DNA of 64,000 nt from the human T2T-CHM13v2.0 reference genome, Homo sapiens. The stretch's first letter is position 1; every line of letters begins with the position of its first letter. Shown piece after piece: positions 41,646-57,022 of the stretch. The stretch lies in the NCBI RefSeq assembly GCF_009914755.1, contig NC_060942.1; one strand, written 5' to 3'. The notes beneath the pieces are model-generated. The model was not told where the DNA came from. It made no database searches and worked only from the letters and a program-made list of their open reading frames with translations. The position numbers were made by a program, and so were the translations under genes.

Positions 41646-41750
41646 GTAAAAATATGGTAAAATATTGTAAAAATATTGTAAAAATATTGGAAATAATATA
41701 AAATATTGTCAATAAATATTGTAAAAATACTGTAAAATATTGTAAAAATA
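41646..41750 (+). repeat. AT-rich minisatellite, unit ~AAAATATTGTA, inside an old L1 ORF1 remnant
   Basis: About 8 imperfect 11-12-bp units. Confidence 0.8.
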
Positions 41751-41953
41751 AATTTATAATGTTACTGGGGTTTTTGCTAGAGAACACAGAGACATAAAAG
41801 AAAACTAAATGGGAGGACTAGAATGATATAATACCTGTAATTAAAGACTCAGTGATTGAACACAAAAAAAGACCTGAAAAGAAAATTAGTAAATTGAAGG
41901 ATAGAGTGACCATAAGTTGGAAAAATGGAAAAGACTGTATAAGCAAGTAGAAG

Positions 41954-42132
41954 TGTTTTAGACCGAATGTATATATCTCCCCAAAATTCATGTATTGAAA
42001 TCCTAATACCCAGTGAGACTATATTTGGAGACAGAGCCTGTAACAAGTTTAACCTTAGTCAAGGTTAAATGAGGTCCTAGAGGTGGGGCCCTGACCCAAT
42101 AGGGTCAATGTCCTTATAAGAAGAAACACCAG
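41954..42132 (+). mobile_element. MLT1A/B 5' fragment
   Basis: CCCCAAAATTCATGTATTGAAATCCTAA...GTCCTTATAAGAAGA. Confidence 0.75.
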
Positions 42133-42796
42133 TGAGTCTGTAACTGGGTATCCCACATAAATACTAGCAGTGTGTAATTATAATTGCCAACTTACTTCCC
42201 AGCTGAGATAGAATGATTCTCAGGGCTGTTCTATCTAAATCCTCTGGTGAGTCAGTTTCATATTTCGTTATCTGTTTCTTGATATTTCCCACTTTTGAGA
42301 GTAATCCTGTACCAACTTTTCTTACGAATTATGAAAAGTATGATTCATACTTTTACATTATGAAAAGTACGTATGATTATTTTTCTTACGAATAATGAAG
42401 CATCTAACTCAAAATAGCTTGAAGAATAAAGAAGAAGAATTTCTTGAGTCATGTGACTAAAAAGACCATAAATAATCATTTGGGCTTCAAGCAGTATTGA
42501 CTCTAATCCAATTTTACTTCTCTGCTTATCTCTCAGCTCACCCTCTTTGTGTAATGGTTTTGTATAAAAGCCTTACTTTGACTTTCCTTAGGCATTAGGT
42601 TGAAAAGTAACTACTCTCATAATAAACAGGAATGAAGGAGCCACTAAACCATTACAAATATCCAGTGCTTTAGTCCATCCCTGAATTAATTATTGTGGAA
42701 AATAGAATCTACAAATTGGCCTAAGGCTGTAATTTGTGTCAATCCTTTAACCAAATATAAAGACATAGGACCAGAATCATACAAATTGACTCAGAT

Positions 42797-43312
42797 CTGC
42801 GCTGTCCAATATGATAACCATAGCTATATGTGGTTATTAGACATTTGAAATGTAGCTACTGTGCTGGAGAAATTAATTTTTAAAATGTATTTAAGTTTAG
42901 TTAAATTTAAATGGAAAAATATTTCATTCAGTTATTAGGAAAACTTTAAATATGTTTGGAACAATTTTCAAATGGAGAATCTATGTTTCAGGTGTACATT
43001 TTATAAAATTTAAATACAATTCAAGGATCTCCAATAAAAATGTAACCTTTTAATTGAAATATACAAATATATCCATATATCTATGTTTATTTATAAAATA
43101 TACACCGAGTCTTAAAGACTTAATTCTAAAATGTAATATATATCATCATTAATTTTATATTGGTTTCACGTTGAAATGTTAACATATTGAATATATGTGG
43201 TTAAATAAAATATGTCATTAAATCAATTTTGTCTTTTAAAAAAAATTTTAAAGCCTGCTAAAATATTTATAATTGCATATAAAGATTATAGCATATTACT
43301 ATTTGTCAGCAC
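42797..43312. mobile_element. Charlie1/MER33-type hAT element
   Basis: CTGCGCTGTCCAATA terminus; CACGTTGAAATG...GGTTAAATAAAATAT. Confidence 0.75.
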
Positions 43313-43929
43313 CAATTTAGGTCATTTAGTGCTCACTTCTGAACAATGGATTGGGGATGGAATGGATATTAGAGAGACAACCAGAAGTTACATTGCCTGA
43401 AGGTCACTAGGAAATATCGGTTTATTTAACTTTATTCATAATTGACTATGCTGATGGTCTTTATCCACAGGAGGGGAGCTGGAACACTTCGGGTGGGCAT
43501 TTGTATTGTCATCACCCTGCCCATTCCCACTGGCGCTACATATTCTTAGCTGTTACCATCTCCCACTTGAAGTACCGTCATAATTTTCTAAATGTTTCAA
43601 CAATTTCCATATTCTGTCTATCTTCAAACACTAGCTTACTTCAAATCATACTATAGGCCACTGCTAGACACAACTAACCAGTTACCTTCTTTGTAAACTT
43701 CACACCACTCCCTCAATCAATACTAGTGAATGAATTCATCTCTGTACTTTTGAGAGTTATGTATTCATATAGTCTTCTATCATACTGCTTGTCTTAATTG
43801 CTTTATTTATTTGTTTGCATGTAAAACTTCACTAGGTAGATCATGAGTGCTAGAGGATGAGGTTCAATTCTTTTCCTCTTTTAATTTAAAGTTTCCCACA
43901 CATGTTTTGGCATACGTTAAGAATTTGCA

Positions 43930-44255
<326 letters not shown>

Positions 44256-46842
44256 TTATTTACAAAAGGATAAACAAAAGAGTAAATCTTCAAGTTCTAA
44301 CAAAGCACGCCATGGGGAGTTGAATCGTTGCAATTAATTTAATTTTCCAAGTTCAAAAACTTTGTTAGAAAACTCTGGTTCAGACAAGATGACGTGCTCA
44401 GCCATCCCTACTCCTCCCTGATTAGTACAATTATAAACAGTGGAAATAATACAAGAGGCAACCAAATAAGAACTCTGAAAGGTAGAAACAAGAAGGACTG
44501 TAGCAACAACACGGCTTATGACCTGCCACTGAACAGCAGAAGACAACCGAGGCCGACCATCTCTGGAACGCAACCTAGCAACGGAAGTTATCCCAGCTAG
44601 GTTCATTCCTCCCCCGTAGCACAGAAATCTGTCTAAGAATACCAGGCAAGCCCACTGCCACCAGGAAGGCAAATGCACAGGAAGCTCTATTAATAGTAAG
44701 TGGCCTTAGGAGGTACTCCTCTGCCCCACCCAGAAGGGGGGCAGCCAGAGGCACCTGCAAGAAAGACGAAGTCACCGTGACTCCACTTGGGAAGGTCTCT
44801 TTGATCCATGGGCCAGAGGACTCCCTTCCTCACCTAGAGACAACACATAGCTTGGCATCACAGACAAGAGAGTCTTGCCACTAAAATCACCGGGGACAGA
44901 AACAGAGAAGCTCCCCATCTACTGAAACTCCCCTCATTCCTATGGGGATACCTGGTGACCAGAAGGTACTAATGAGGAGTGTCCCACTCAAATAAGTAAA
45001 TGCTTACCCCTAAAACCTTCTTTGATTCCACCGGGCAGAGCTCCTGATCCCACTTGTAAACACCAGGCATTGGGGGTTATCAATAAGGAGCAACAAGAGG
45101 CTGCCAGCGGAAGAGCAAGAATCTCAACACGGAAAGTGCCAGATGCCACAAGGGAACTTTGTCTCCAGGGGCAGAGACCCCTTACCCCACTGAGAGGCAC
45201 ACCTGCTCTCTCCTGGGGAAGCTCCTTCTGCTCCTTCACATGGCACCAGCAGAGATCATTAGACAAACCAAGCAGACCAAAATAGCACCACAAAAGCTGT
45301 TAAAATTAAATTGTCATTGAAAACACAATTTTCTCAAGATTTAAATAGAACCCAGCATCTCATAATATAATAGACAAACAACAAAAATGCACACACTAAA
45401 ATACTAAGAACCAGAAAAATCACATCTTAAATAAGGAAAGACAAGCAATTGATGACAGCACCAAGAAACATCAGCTATTGGAATTATCTGACAAGGCTTT
45501 TGAAGAAGCGATTATAAAAATTCTTCAAAAACCAATAACAATATATTGAAACAAAGGAAGAAATAGAAAATATCAGAAAAGAACTAGAAGTTATACAGGA
45601 GAACAAGATGGAAAGCATATACCTGAAAATTACAATAATTATACAACATGACTTAATGGGATTTATTCCAGGAATGCAAGTTTCAACCTTCAAAAATTAA
45701 TTGATGTTATATACCATGTCAACACACTAAGGAAGAAAAATTATATGATTATAGTAATTATTGCAGAAAAATCGGAACCAATTAATTATGTATGTCTCAC
45801 GAAGTAAGGACTAAAAAAGAAAGTCTCAAATTGGTTAAAAAACTATTATCTACAAAGAATCTGTATCTTATATCATACATAATGATGAAAGCCTAATGTT
45901 TACATACTTGTATCAGAAATAAGGCAAGGGTAAACACACGCATCACTGATATTTAAAATAGTACTGGAAGTTCTAGCCACATTGCAAAACGAGAAAAATA
46001 ATAATACACATATTGGTTTGACAAGAAGTTATAATATTGTCCCTATTTGTAGATGACATGATTGTCTATGTAAGAAATACTAAGGCAGAAATCAACCAAA
46101 ACAAACCAAGATTTAATTAAAAAAAAATTTCTCGAATATGTGAGTTAAACAAGGTTGGAGGACACAAGACCAATACACAAAAATTAATAGCTTTTGTGGG
46201 AACTAATTTGCCCTCGAATAGCCAAATTGATCTTGAAAAAAATAAAATGAATGGAACCACTGTACCTGATGTTAAAGTTTACTATACAGATATAGCAACA
46301 ACACAGTGTGTTATTATGTGTTGTTGTTGTTAGAGAACCCCAAGATAGACCCACACAATATGGCCAGCTGATTTTGACAAAGATGCAAAACCAATTTAAA
46401 ATGGGAAGGATGGTCTTTTAAACAAAAGATACTAAGGTAATTGAATAGATACAGGCAAAAAAGCTAAAACAAAAACAAAAACAAAATTTCAACTTAAATC
46501 TCAAGCACCTTATATGAAAATTAACTCAAAATAGATCATGTGCTTAATCATGAAACATAAAACTAGAAAATTTTTGCAAAAAAGAGAAAGTTTTCAGAAT
46601 TGAAGTTAGGGAAAGATATTTATACTTGATACCAAAATCATAATTTATAAAGCCAAAAAAAAAAAAGATAAATTGGACCTCATGAAAATGAAATGCTTTT
46701 GCTCTGTGAAAGACCTTGAGAGAAGATGAAAAGACAAGCTACAGGTTGGGCAAAAACTATGAAAACCATGTATCTGATAAAGGGGTAGTAGCCTGAACAT
46801 GTAAAGTACTCTAAAAGCTCCATGCAAAACAACAACACACCA

Positions 46843-47010
46843 TAGTGTAACTGGACTGTTTGTAACACAAAGGATAAATGCTTTGGGTGATGGATACCCC
46901 ATTTACCCTGATGTGATTTTTACACATTGCATGCCTGTACCAAAATATCCCATATACCCCATAAACATATATACCTATTATGTACACATAAAAATTAAAA
47001 ATTAAAAAAA
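46843..47010 (+). mobile_element. L1MA 3' tip nested in the older L1
   Basis: GGATAAATGCTTTGGGTGATGGATACCCCATTTACCCTGATGTG followed by polyA. Confidence 0.85.
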
Positions 47011-47030
47011 GGTAGAGATATGAACAGCTA

Positions 47031-47377
47031 TAGGCAGAACTCAGAGACATCGTGGCTATAGCTCCAGATCCTCACAATAAAGTGAATATCACAATGAAGT
47101 GAGTCACAATTTTTTTGGTTTCCCAGTGTATATAAAAGTTATATTTATGCTAAACTGTGGTTTAGCGAATGAGCAAGAACAGCTGTCTAAAACGCGATTA
47201 CTTAAAAATATATTATTGCTAAAAAATGTTGACAGAGACATGAAGTGAGCAGAAACAGTTGGAAAAATGGGACCAATAAACTAGCTTGGCACAGGGTTGC
47301 CACAACCTTCAATTTGTAAAAACCACATTATCTGCAAACCACAAGAAAGTGAGGTGCAATCAAACAAGGCATGACTG
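47031..47377. mobile_element. MER44/Tigger7 MITE
   Basis: TA flanks; GGTTTCCCAGTG and AGGGTTGCCACAACCTTCAATTTGTAAAA. Confidence 0.85.
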
Positions 47378-50300
47378 TATTTCACCAAAGATGCAAATCA
47401 CAAATAAACACATGAAAATATGTTCAACATCATTAACCATTAGGAAAATACAAATTAATACTATAATGAGATATTACTATGTACCTATCAGAATGACTAA
47501 AAAATAAACAAATGAATAAACCACCACCACCAAATGCTGGTTTGGATGAAGAAAAGCTGGACAACTTACACATTGCTGGTGGAATGTAAAATGATGTAGC
47601 ACTATAGAAAACAATTTGAGTTTCTTATAAAAATAAACATGCAGTTACCATAGGACCCTGTAATTGCACTCTCACATTTAACCCTGAGAAATAAACACTT
47701 CTGCTGACACAAACACCTGTACATGGACATTCATAATAGTTTTATTCATAATATTCCCAAACTGGAAACAACCTGGATGGCATTCAAAGGGGGAATGGTT
47801 AAACAAGCTGCGGTACATCTGTACCATGGAATACTACCAGCAAGAAATGAAATGCACTATTGCTAACTCATACAACTATTGATAATTCAACAGCTTGGAT
47901 GTGTCTCAAGGCAATTATCCTGAGTGAGGAACAAAAAGGCAATCCCAAAAGATTACATGCTGTGCAATTCCATCTACAGGACATCGGTGAGATGACAAAA
48001 TTATAATAATGCAGAACAGATGACTGTTTGCCAGAGTTTAGGATGGTTTAGGGAGACTGGTGTGATTGTGAAAGCACCACATGATGGATTCTTTTGGGGA
48101 TGGATTTCTTATATCTATTTACAGTGTCAATAGATTCATGAATCTACCCATGTTAGAATTGCATAGAACTAAACAGACGCACATATAATTCCATAAAAAT
48201 TTTAAAAAGTACATATAAATGTGGGTAAATACAAAAAAGATGAGCAAATTGTACCATGCCAATTATGTTTTTGTGATATAGTACTACAGCAAGATGTTAC
48301 CATTGGTGGAGACCGGTTAAAGGGTAAATGAAACCTTGCTGTATTATTTCTTACAGTTGCCTGTGAATCTGTAATTATCTCACAACACTTTAAAAAGATT
48401 ATTTAAAATTATTAGTAGAATTCCACATCCAACTTAATACAAAACAATAACTTTAGGAGAGTATTCCATGAATAGGGAACTCAGAGGATAGAAATAAAGG
48501 GTAGGGGGAAAGGACTCTTCTAGGCATAGAAATGGTTTCCCAGGAGTCCATGCCACACTGCACAGTTAAACATTCATAAATGCTTAAAGATAAAATGCCT
48601 GTGTATGGAAATTAGTCACAAGAGGGACTTAATAGCACAAATGTCTTAATTTGACAGATGAAATAAAGCTTGTCTATGTAATGAAATGCCAAGTCAACTA
48701 AAAAAATGCTGTGAACTATCAAGATGCATAATATTAACACATTACCATAATTTGAAGGACAAATTTTATGGTATCAGTTATTCAGTAAAAGAATGTTATT
48801 GCATAGCATTATCTTAAAAACAACTACTCAATATGACAGTGAGGAAACAATTTTGATCATGATTAAGGAGGACTATAATAGGCAAATTAGAAAATACTTA
48901 AGGTATGTGCAAAATTATGATCTAGATAAACCTGTATCTACACAAGTGACATCAGAAAATGACACAGCAGCTTTATAAAATGAATAAATGCCAAACCTAT
49001 GTAAGAGACTGCTAACATAAAACAGACTAAGAAAATATAGAATTTTTCAGACTTTTTAAGATAATTTTGATCAATATTTAAAACAATAAAGGAAGTGGTG
49101 ACTGTTGTTTTCTTTAACAAATCACAGGAAGTTAACCTTGAAACACGAATTTACTAATTTAAAAAAAGTAAAATAAAAACTCAAATTTATATATCAGATA
49201 TTAACCTTCATAGAATATTACTCTAAGCCGCATAATTTAAAATCCTAATAGCTTCAAATAAAATTAGGATAAATTTATTATGAGGGATTGATATGTTTGT
49301 GGTGGATTCTGACATGCTTTAGCTTACATTTCTCTTTTTTATGTGAGTAATATTTGGGAACAGAGCTATGACATATACCACAGTTCAGTACTCTCTCTCA
49401 GAGAGAAGACACTGACCTGGTGATATATAGTTTCTTGATTTATTCCAATTACTTCTATTCTTTATATTATAAACAGAAAAATGGAATTTCATAAGACTTC
49501 ATGGGAGTATTTAAAAGGAACGCAATTTTCTTTTAAAAGGAAGATGGATTATTTCAGATTTATGTCCAACACTTTAAATTTTTAACTTTAGAAAATAAAG
49601 AATTCCTAGTATTAAATTTCTATTGAACTTGAACATTAACTCTTTAGAAAACATTAGCAACATATTTAGATATTTGTTGCTTCATTTTATTTAAAACAAT
49701 CTCCAGACAATTTATAGTTGACCTTTAAAAGAAAGCATTTATAAAATGAAACAAGTTTGACAAGGTAAAAATAATAGAACAAATTCCAAACCCATTTCAA
49801 AAACTAACATGTAATTTGTTGCTAATATAAAATTAAAGAAGACAATATTTTAGGATTCCTATTTTAAATTGTACCTCATTAATAAAATCCTGAAAAATAA
49901 AATAGGTACAGTGAACTTTTCCGTTTCTTGCTTGCCCTTGATTTAATTAAACAGACTATTTGAAGTGATGAAGTTTGATTTTTGACCTGTGCCATGGAAC
50001 GTCTGCATTGTAAACAAAGTTCAATTTGTAATGAGGTTATAAGCAAAATATAAAGCAATCGAAAATATTTCTTCTGTTTTCTTAAGATAGTAGTCACATT
50101 CAAAGATAACCATAATACTTGACAAGGAAAAAATATAAATATAATATACAAGATCTCTCCAGTACTATTAAAAGGATAAGAGCCAATTTTTTTTTTTTTT
50201 TTGCTATTTCAGAGAGCCTTTGTCTAACTTTCACAAAAGAAACAGAAAAAAAATGCCAAAAATTAGATATATCTTCCGAAGTTGAATGCACAATATTGAG

Positions 50301-50948
50301 GCTTTACCACTTCACCAGAGCGGATAATTAAAGAATTGCATTAATTATAAGTTGACAAAGCACAGGCAAACCTAATGAATTATTATTACATTTTACAAAT
50401 GTAGGAAAAATACATTTGGTAAAAATTATTTTCTAGAACAGCAGTAATACTTTGGAATTGTTTTCAAATCCTGTGGTACTTATAAATCTTAATAATGCAT
50501 GTCATATTATCCCACAGAAAGTTGTACAAAAGTGTCTTTTTAGGAAATTATAAAGCTATGATATGGAAGGATTTCTTTATATGAGTAAACTACTAAGAAA
50601 TAGAATTTTTGAACGTGTTCTTAAAGTTGTTTTTGTATCATTGATTTTTCAGCTTATATGTAGCTAGCATTATTCAAGGCATTCAACCACAAGTGAAGAC
50701 TCAAAATGCTTATTCCCTAATCTCTGCAGCACTCTTAAGTCCTTGGCCATTTCAGCATAGCAAATGCCTATCATTGAAAGATTCTTGAAATGGTTTGGCT
50801 TTGAAACATTTCTTTTCCAGGATTTAACAACAAATTGGCAGGGACATAATAGCATCACTGGAATTGAGTCTGCCCTGTGATGAGAAATTTGCAGCATCTT
50901 CATCTTCATCCCTGCAGTCTCAATTTTTCCTAAAGTATTAATAAATTT

Positions 50949-51012
50949 GATCGTGCCACTGCACTCCAGCCTGGGCAACAGGGCGAGACTCCGTCTCCAA
51001 AAAAAAAAAAAA

Positions 51013-51016
<4 letters not shown>
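50949..51016 (+). mobile_element. Severely 5'-truncated Alu
   Basis: Only the last ~50 nt GATCGTGCCACTGCACTCCAGCC...GTCTC plus polyA. Confidence 0.9.

Positions 51017-51017
<1 letters not shown>

Positions 51018-51064
<47 letters not shown>
51018..51064. repeat. (TA)n microsatellite, ~23 units
   Basis: Direct reading. Confidence 0.95.
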
Positions 51065-51070
<6 letters not shown>

Positions 51071-52779
51071 CAGCATTTCTTCAAATGTTAAGGAAAACAA
51101 ACTCTAGGTAACATGATAATCCTAAATTCTATCTAAATGCCCTTCATTTCCCATATTGCTAAAAACATTAGAATGCAATAAATATTTTAAAAATTAGCAC
51201 TCTAGGAGGTAGAATTCTCACAAATAAGGTCATATAAGGAATCTTAATCTTGTTAGATATAGGAATGAGGAGATGTGGGGTTTCTACATTCTTAGAGTCC
51301 AGCACAAATGATCCCGTCTTGACACTGCATCCCTGCACCTAGTGACTGCCTGAAAGAACATGGAGTTATTCTGCCTCCCTTTGCTGTAAATGAAGATCTT
51401 TGGGTTACTTCAGTAGCAAACAGAGAATGGGCAAAACGCAATTTACATAGTTACACAAAACCTGAATTCTAATTTTATGAATATTCCAGCCTCGGTAAAC
51501 AGTGGAAAAAGTAACTTGGCCTTCACCGAAATCTTATAAAACAACCAAAAAAAGACAAACCCAAAAACAATCAAATTTAATTTCTGCAAACTGTTCTAAT
51601 GGATTCAAAATAAAAATATGAAACTGACATCACAGTAGGATATTATGATCAGAAAATCGTAAGGTGAGAAAAATATGAGACCACTTCTCCCAGAAAGAAG
51701 AATGAGAGAGGAAGGGAAGGAGCAGAGGGAAGTAAACCAGATGAAGTAAAATGGGCTCCATGGAAACTGAGAATACAAAGGCAGACATTCAAATCACGTT
51801 GGAAACATTAAAGAATTTATGTAATACTGAAGAAAATCGCATTGATGAAGCCCTCATAAAATGTAGAGAAAGCAAATGACAAATATAGCTGGCTGGCATT
51901 TCTTAGAGACCAGAACGAATAAGCATATAGATGGCAAGCTGGCTGGATGGGTGGACAGATGGGTGAAGGGATGGATGATAGACATGAATGATAGATATAT
52001 GGATATATATGCATAAGTGTATATTATGCATGAATGTATGAGTACAATAGATACGATGTGGATTATAGATGCATTTTGTTTTTATATTTATTTGTTAATA
52101 TCATTAATATTTATAATACTAAAAACGTTCTAAGGTATAAAAATTTTTTTTCACCAGATTCTGGAACAAGTAATAAAAATAGTGCCACTACTAACCACAC
52201 AACTGTGATAGAGATTACAGAGAAAATTATTTAAGCACCTAGAAAGAAAATAAGTTATCTAAAAACAAAAATGATATAGAATACAGACTTGTCCTGTATA
52301 TGCTAAATATCAAAATATAATGGTTATCATCTCCAGAATTTTTAGGATAAGGATTATGTGAGGTTGGTATTCTGTAAAACTACTTCCCATAGGAGAATGT
52401 ACAGTCTAACTGTGGGTGCCAGCCATCTTCTGAATGTCAGTGACTGCCCCCACTTTGATTCCCCTCACTAACATAGACCAGGTAATACATTATGAACCTG
52501 CTTCCAATGAGGCTGTCTGTCATTTTTTTAACAATTTACCGAATAGCTAATGTGCAGAATAACTGATATTCGCAATAAACTTTTTGTTTTTTACCATTTA
52601 AATTATTTCATTAACTTTCCTCTTCTTTTTCCAGAACTATATTTTTAGGAGTGTTCAATTATTTCCAGCCCCCTGATACTACAGCATGCAGCAGACAGGC
52701 AGAGTGGAGACTGTGTCCTTTGCCAGCACACTTTTTTCCCTAGAACACTCAATTTGTACCAGGCTATGTCATTCACTAA

Positions 52780-53270
52780 TTCTCACTGTTTTGTTAATTC
52801 ATTCAATCCAATTTTCTTAGTTTCTTGGACATTTTACCTCCCGACTCAATTTCACTCTCTCCAACACATCACCTTCTTAATTCTTGGTGATTTCAATACC
52901 TGCATGCAAAATGCATACACAGGACATCTCAATTATTTGATCTCCTCTTCTTCAGCCGTTCATTCCAGGATCATTCCCTGGAATTTCTCAACTTAAAAAC
53001 TGAACACCTTGTAAAAATGATGATTTCAAATAACCTCTATCCAACCACCTCCTATTTTTCCAATTCACTCCCTCTCACACTCTGAATCCAAAATCCTGCA
53101 TCTCAACAGAGACTCACAGATGTTACCACCTTTGTATCATGCCTCAGCTCCACCTACCTATTTGCTCCTTTTTAGTTTGCCTAAATCCCAAGGTCATTTA
53201 TTTTAACCATTACAGTGAATATGCCATCAACTTCCTGTTTTTTTTTTCCCCTTCATTTTATTCTGGGGCA
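52780..53270 (+). mobile_element. L2 ORF2 (endonuclease region) remnant
   Basis: ILGDFN motif in ORF 52754-52996; pyrimidine-rich L2 composition. Confidence 0.6.
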
Positions 53271-53594
53271 AATCAGAATAAAATGAAATAAAATAAAATA
53301 ATGAAAAATAGTCCAATTTATAAGAAATTTCATTAAACTGACATAACTGCTAAGCAACAAACAATATACCCACTAAATGTTTAGAGCAATAACTACCAGA
53401 AAACCCATAATAATGCTTAAATTTTAATTTAAAATTAAGTTAATTAATCTCATTAAAATTGATTAGATTTTAATTTAATTAAATTTAAATCTAAATCTAA
53501 ATTTAGATCTGGTTAAATTTAATCTGCCTTATCCAGGTCTGCACTTGTGGAATTGAACATATTTGGAGATAAATACAACTATTTTTACCCAATA

Positions 53595-54095
53595 TAAAAT
53601 ATGGTTCGTTTGGCTGGTGAGTCACAAATGACTCTCCATGAGAATGCATGTTTTGATCAATGGGAGTTTTATTTCTTAGTGCTAGCAAGGAGGACGCTGG
53701 GAGTATTCTCCAAGGCAGTGTCTCCCTGAGGGAAATTGACAGGGGGGTTTCATGGGGTGATGGAGAGGGGAGAGGGCACATTGTCACGTGTAGAGGAGAT
53801 GCAGGTGCAGGGAGTCATCATGCCAGCACATAGGTTGCACGTTGTGGTGATAAAGCTATAGCTCCTCCCTGGTTTGGGTGGAGACTTTAGCATGGCCATG
53901 AAGAAAGTTCACTTGAGTTCATCTGTAAGTTTCTAGGGTCTGTCAAAGGCTAGTTCCAACAACCCAGGTGACCACATTCCATACGGGGTTTGGGGAGAAG
54001 CAGGCTGCAGGGTAGGAGGCTGTAAAACAGGCTGCTTGCTCGAGTTGACTAAATTCATGTGGTTCCTTGGAGACCCTGTCTCTCCTCTTACCCTA
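53595..54095 (-). mobile_element. ERV1-class solo LTR (MER31/MER67-like)
   Basis: GGGAGTATTCTCCAAGGCAGTGTCTCCCTGAGGG and GGGTGGAGACTTTAGCATGG recalled from this LTR group. Confidence 0.55.
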
Positions 54096-55285
<1,190 letters not shown>

Positions 55286-55600
55286 AGTGGCCATCACTTC
55301 CCTGTGAGCTTGACTAAAGTTTAGACAGATTTCTTCCTGACTCTAGGCTCCAACCTCTCTTGTTCCAGACTACTACATAATTGTCAATTCTGCCCCTTTG
55401 AGCTGTAAATCTTTTTTTAAAAGTCTCTGATCAGTTTCACAACACAAGACTTTCTTTCTGAGAGACCTGGGAGTCATCTTTTTGAAATGTAATAATCAAG
55501 AATGACCACTCTCTGTGGGACAGCAGGAGCCTAACTTTGCGGAGTGTCTTTCTCCACGTTATAGAACTGCTTCCCATGAATACAGAAGAATTTGTTCAAA
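55286..55600 (+). mobile_element. MER4-group (MER34/39-like) LTR fragment
   Basis: CTTGACTAAAGTTTAGACAG, CCCCTTTGAG, GACCTGGGAG, TTTGAAATGTAAT, GGAGCCTAACTT. Confidence 0.55.
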
Positions 55601-56109
55601 TTAATATTTGGCCAATTGAGTTTTGGTGATCTATGCTGCCTCTGTGAACAAAACACAGACAAACAGAACATGTTTCTTATTGTCAAGGAATGGTTTTGCC
55701 TCCTTTTGGTGTTTTTTCCTGTTATGAAGGTTAGGCATATTCTTGGGTCATGACTTTCTCAGACCTGAATATTTCTAAATGGATTTGAACCCAAAACATA
55801 GCAATTTAGTCAATAAATAGCAAAACACTAACATATTCCTGTATGTTTTTCAAATATTATTTTATTAGCTAACTCCTCTATTTAGCTTTTCTGAGTCTTC
55901 GACTTTCTTAAGGCAATTAATATCAAATAAAAAAATTAAGGACAGATATAGCAAATGATTTTTCCTGCCACGGGAACTTTGTGGATTGCATTCTGGTTTC
56001 CTAATATATTTCTCAAAGGTCGTTTTGTCAGAGTTCTTCCTGCCCTCAATTCCATGTCAATTTCTTTATAACGTACGCTCTTGTCTACACCCACTTTTCC
56101 GTCATGGCA

Positions 56110-56290
56110 CCCATCTCTGTCGTTTTATCTGTATTGTGTGGATGTTTGACTGATGCTCACCATGCATGAGAAATGTGAGTACAGAAACATGCAGGACGGG
56201 CTCTCCTGTGCTCACTGTTCTTTCCTCAGCAGCCTATGTTGATCTTGGTACGTGGCAGATACTCAATAAATATTGGTGAAAAAAATGAAT
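56110..56290 (+). mobile_element. L2 3' end
   Basis: GTACGTGGCAGATACTCAATAAATATTGGTGAA. Confidence 0.7.
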
Positions 56291-56929
56291 CAGTGAAAAC
56301 GCTTTGCAAATCTGACATTGCTATAAAGCATTATTAATGTTTGTTGTAAATTTAGGCAAGTGCTTCAAACCCAGTATCTTATTGTTATTTGGTTATAGTT
56401 AGTTGAGCATATTTCACAATAAACTCTAATACACACAATATATTATATAACACGGGGGTATAATACTGAGTCCATGAAATTCAGTCAAGTTGAATTTTGT
56501 ATTATTGTTAGTAATACTGTTTATTTGTTGTAGTTTGTTTAAATATGGTTTTAATCAACTAGAGCATCGAAAACTTTCTATAAATAACTACTGGTCTGGT
56601 CCTATCATTGTCTTGCTTCAAGACTGAAACATCTGTATGTGTGAAGAACAAATCGTAAATTGTAATAGGTCCTGTAACATCTTCAGCTGACTAACTAAAC
56701 AGCACATATAGCAGTCTTTCACTCCTGTAATTAACATTGAATAACAAAGCTGGAACATTTATTATTCATCTTAACATAAATAATACATTTAGTTCTGTTA
56801 TACTTCAGATGAACATATTTCAGGCACTGTTATAATAAAATATGTGCTAATTGTCCTGTTTATAAGTACATGTAATTGTAACTGAAATTTAACATAGCCA
56901 TAACACAGAATGAAGTTTCATAGTTAAAA

Positions 56930-57022
56930 TATTACATACGGTATACATGTATTGAAATATCACACTGTACTCCATAAATATGTACAATCATTGTGTGTCA
57001 ATTAAAGTAATAAAATAAAAAA
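56930..57022 (+). mobile_element. L1MA 3' tip
   Basis: ATCACACTGTACTCCATAAATATGTACAAT followed by an A tail. Confidence 0.75.

Larger units (their letters stand above)
44440..48395 (+). mobile_element. Long, deleted old L1 (L1MC/MD-type), 5'UTR to 3'UTR
   Basis: GC-richer 5' region, ORF1/ORF2 remnants (GGGATTTATTCCAGGAATGCAAG, GATGACATGATTGTCTATGT), and 3'UTR GATGTTACCATTGG. Confidence 0.8.

Noticed and set aside
41646-41750. Regular short repeats, possible CRISPR-like array
   Set aside because: Tandem AT-rich units with no unique spacers; eukaryotic minisatellite
50670-51068. Longest ORF (132 aa, minus strand)
   Set aside because: Starts in (TA)n and Alu sequence; no recognisable domain
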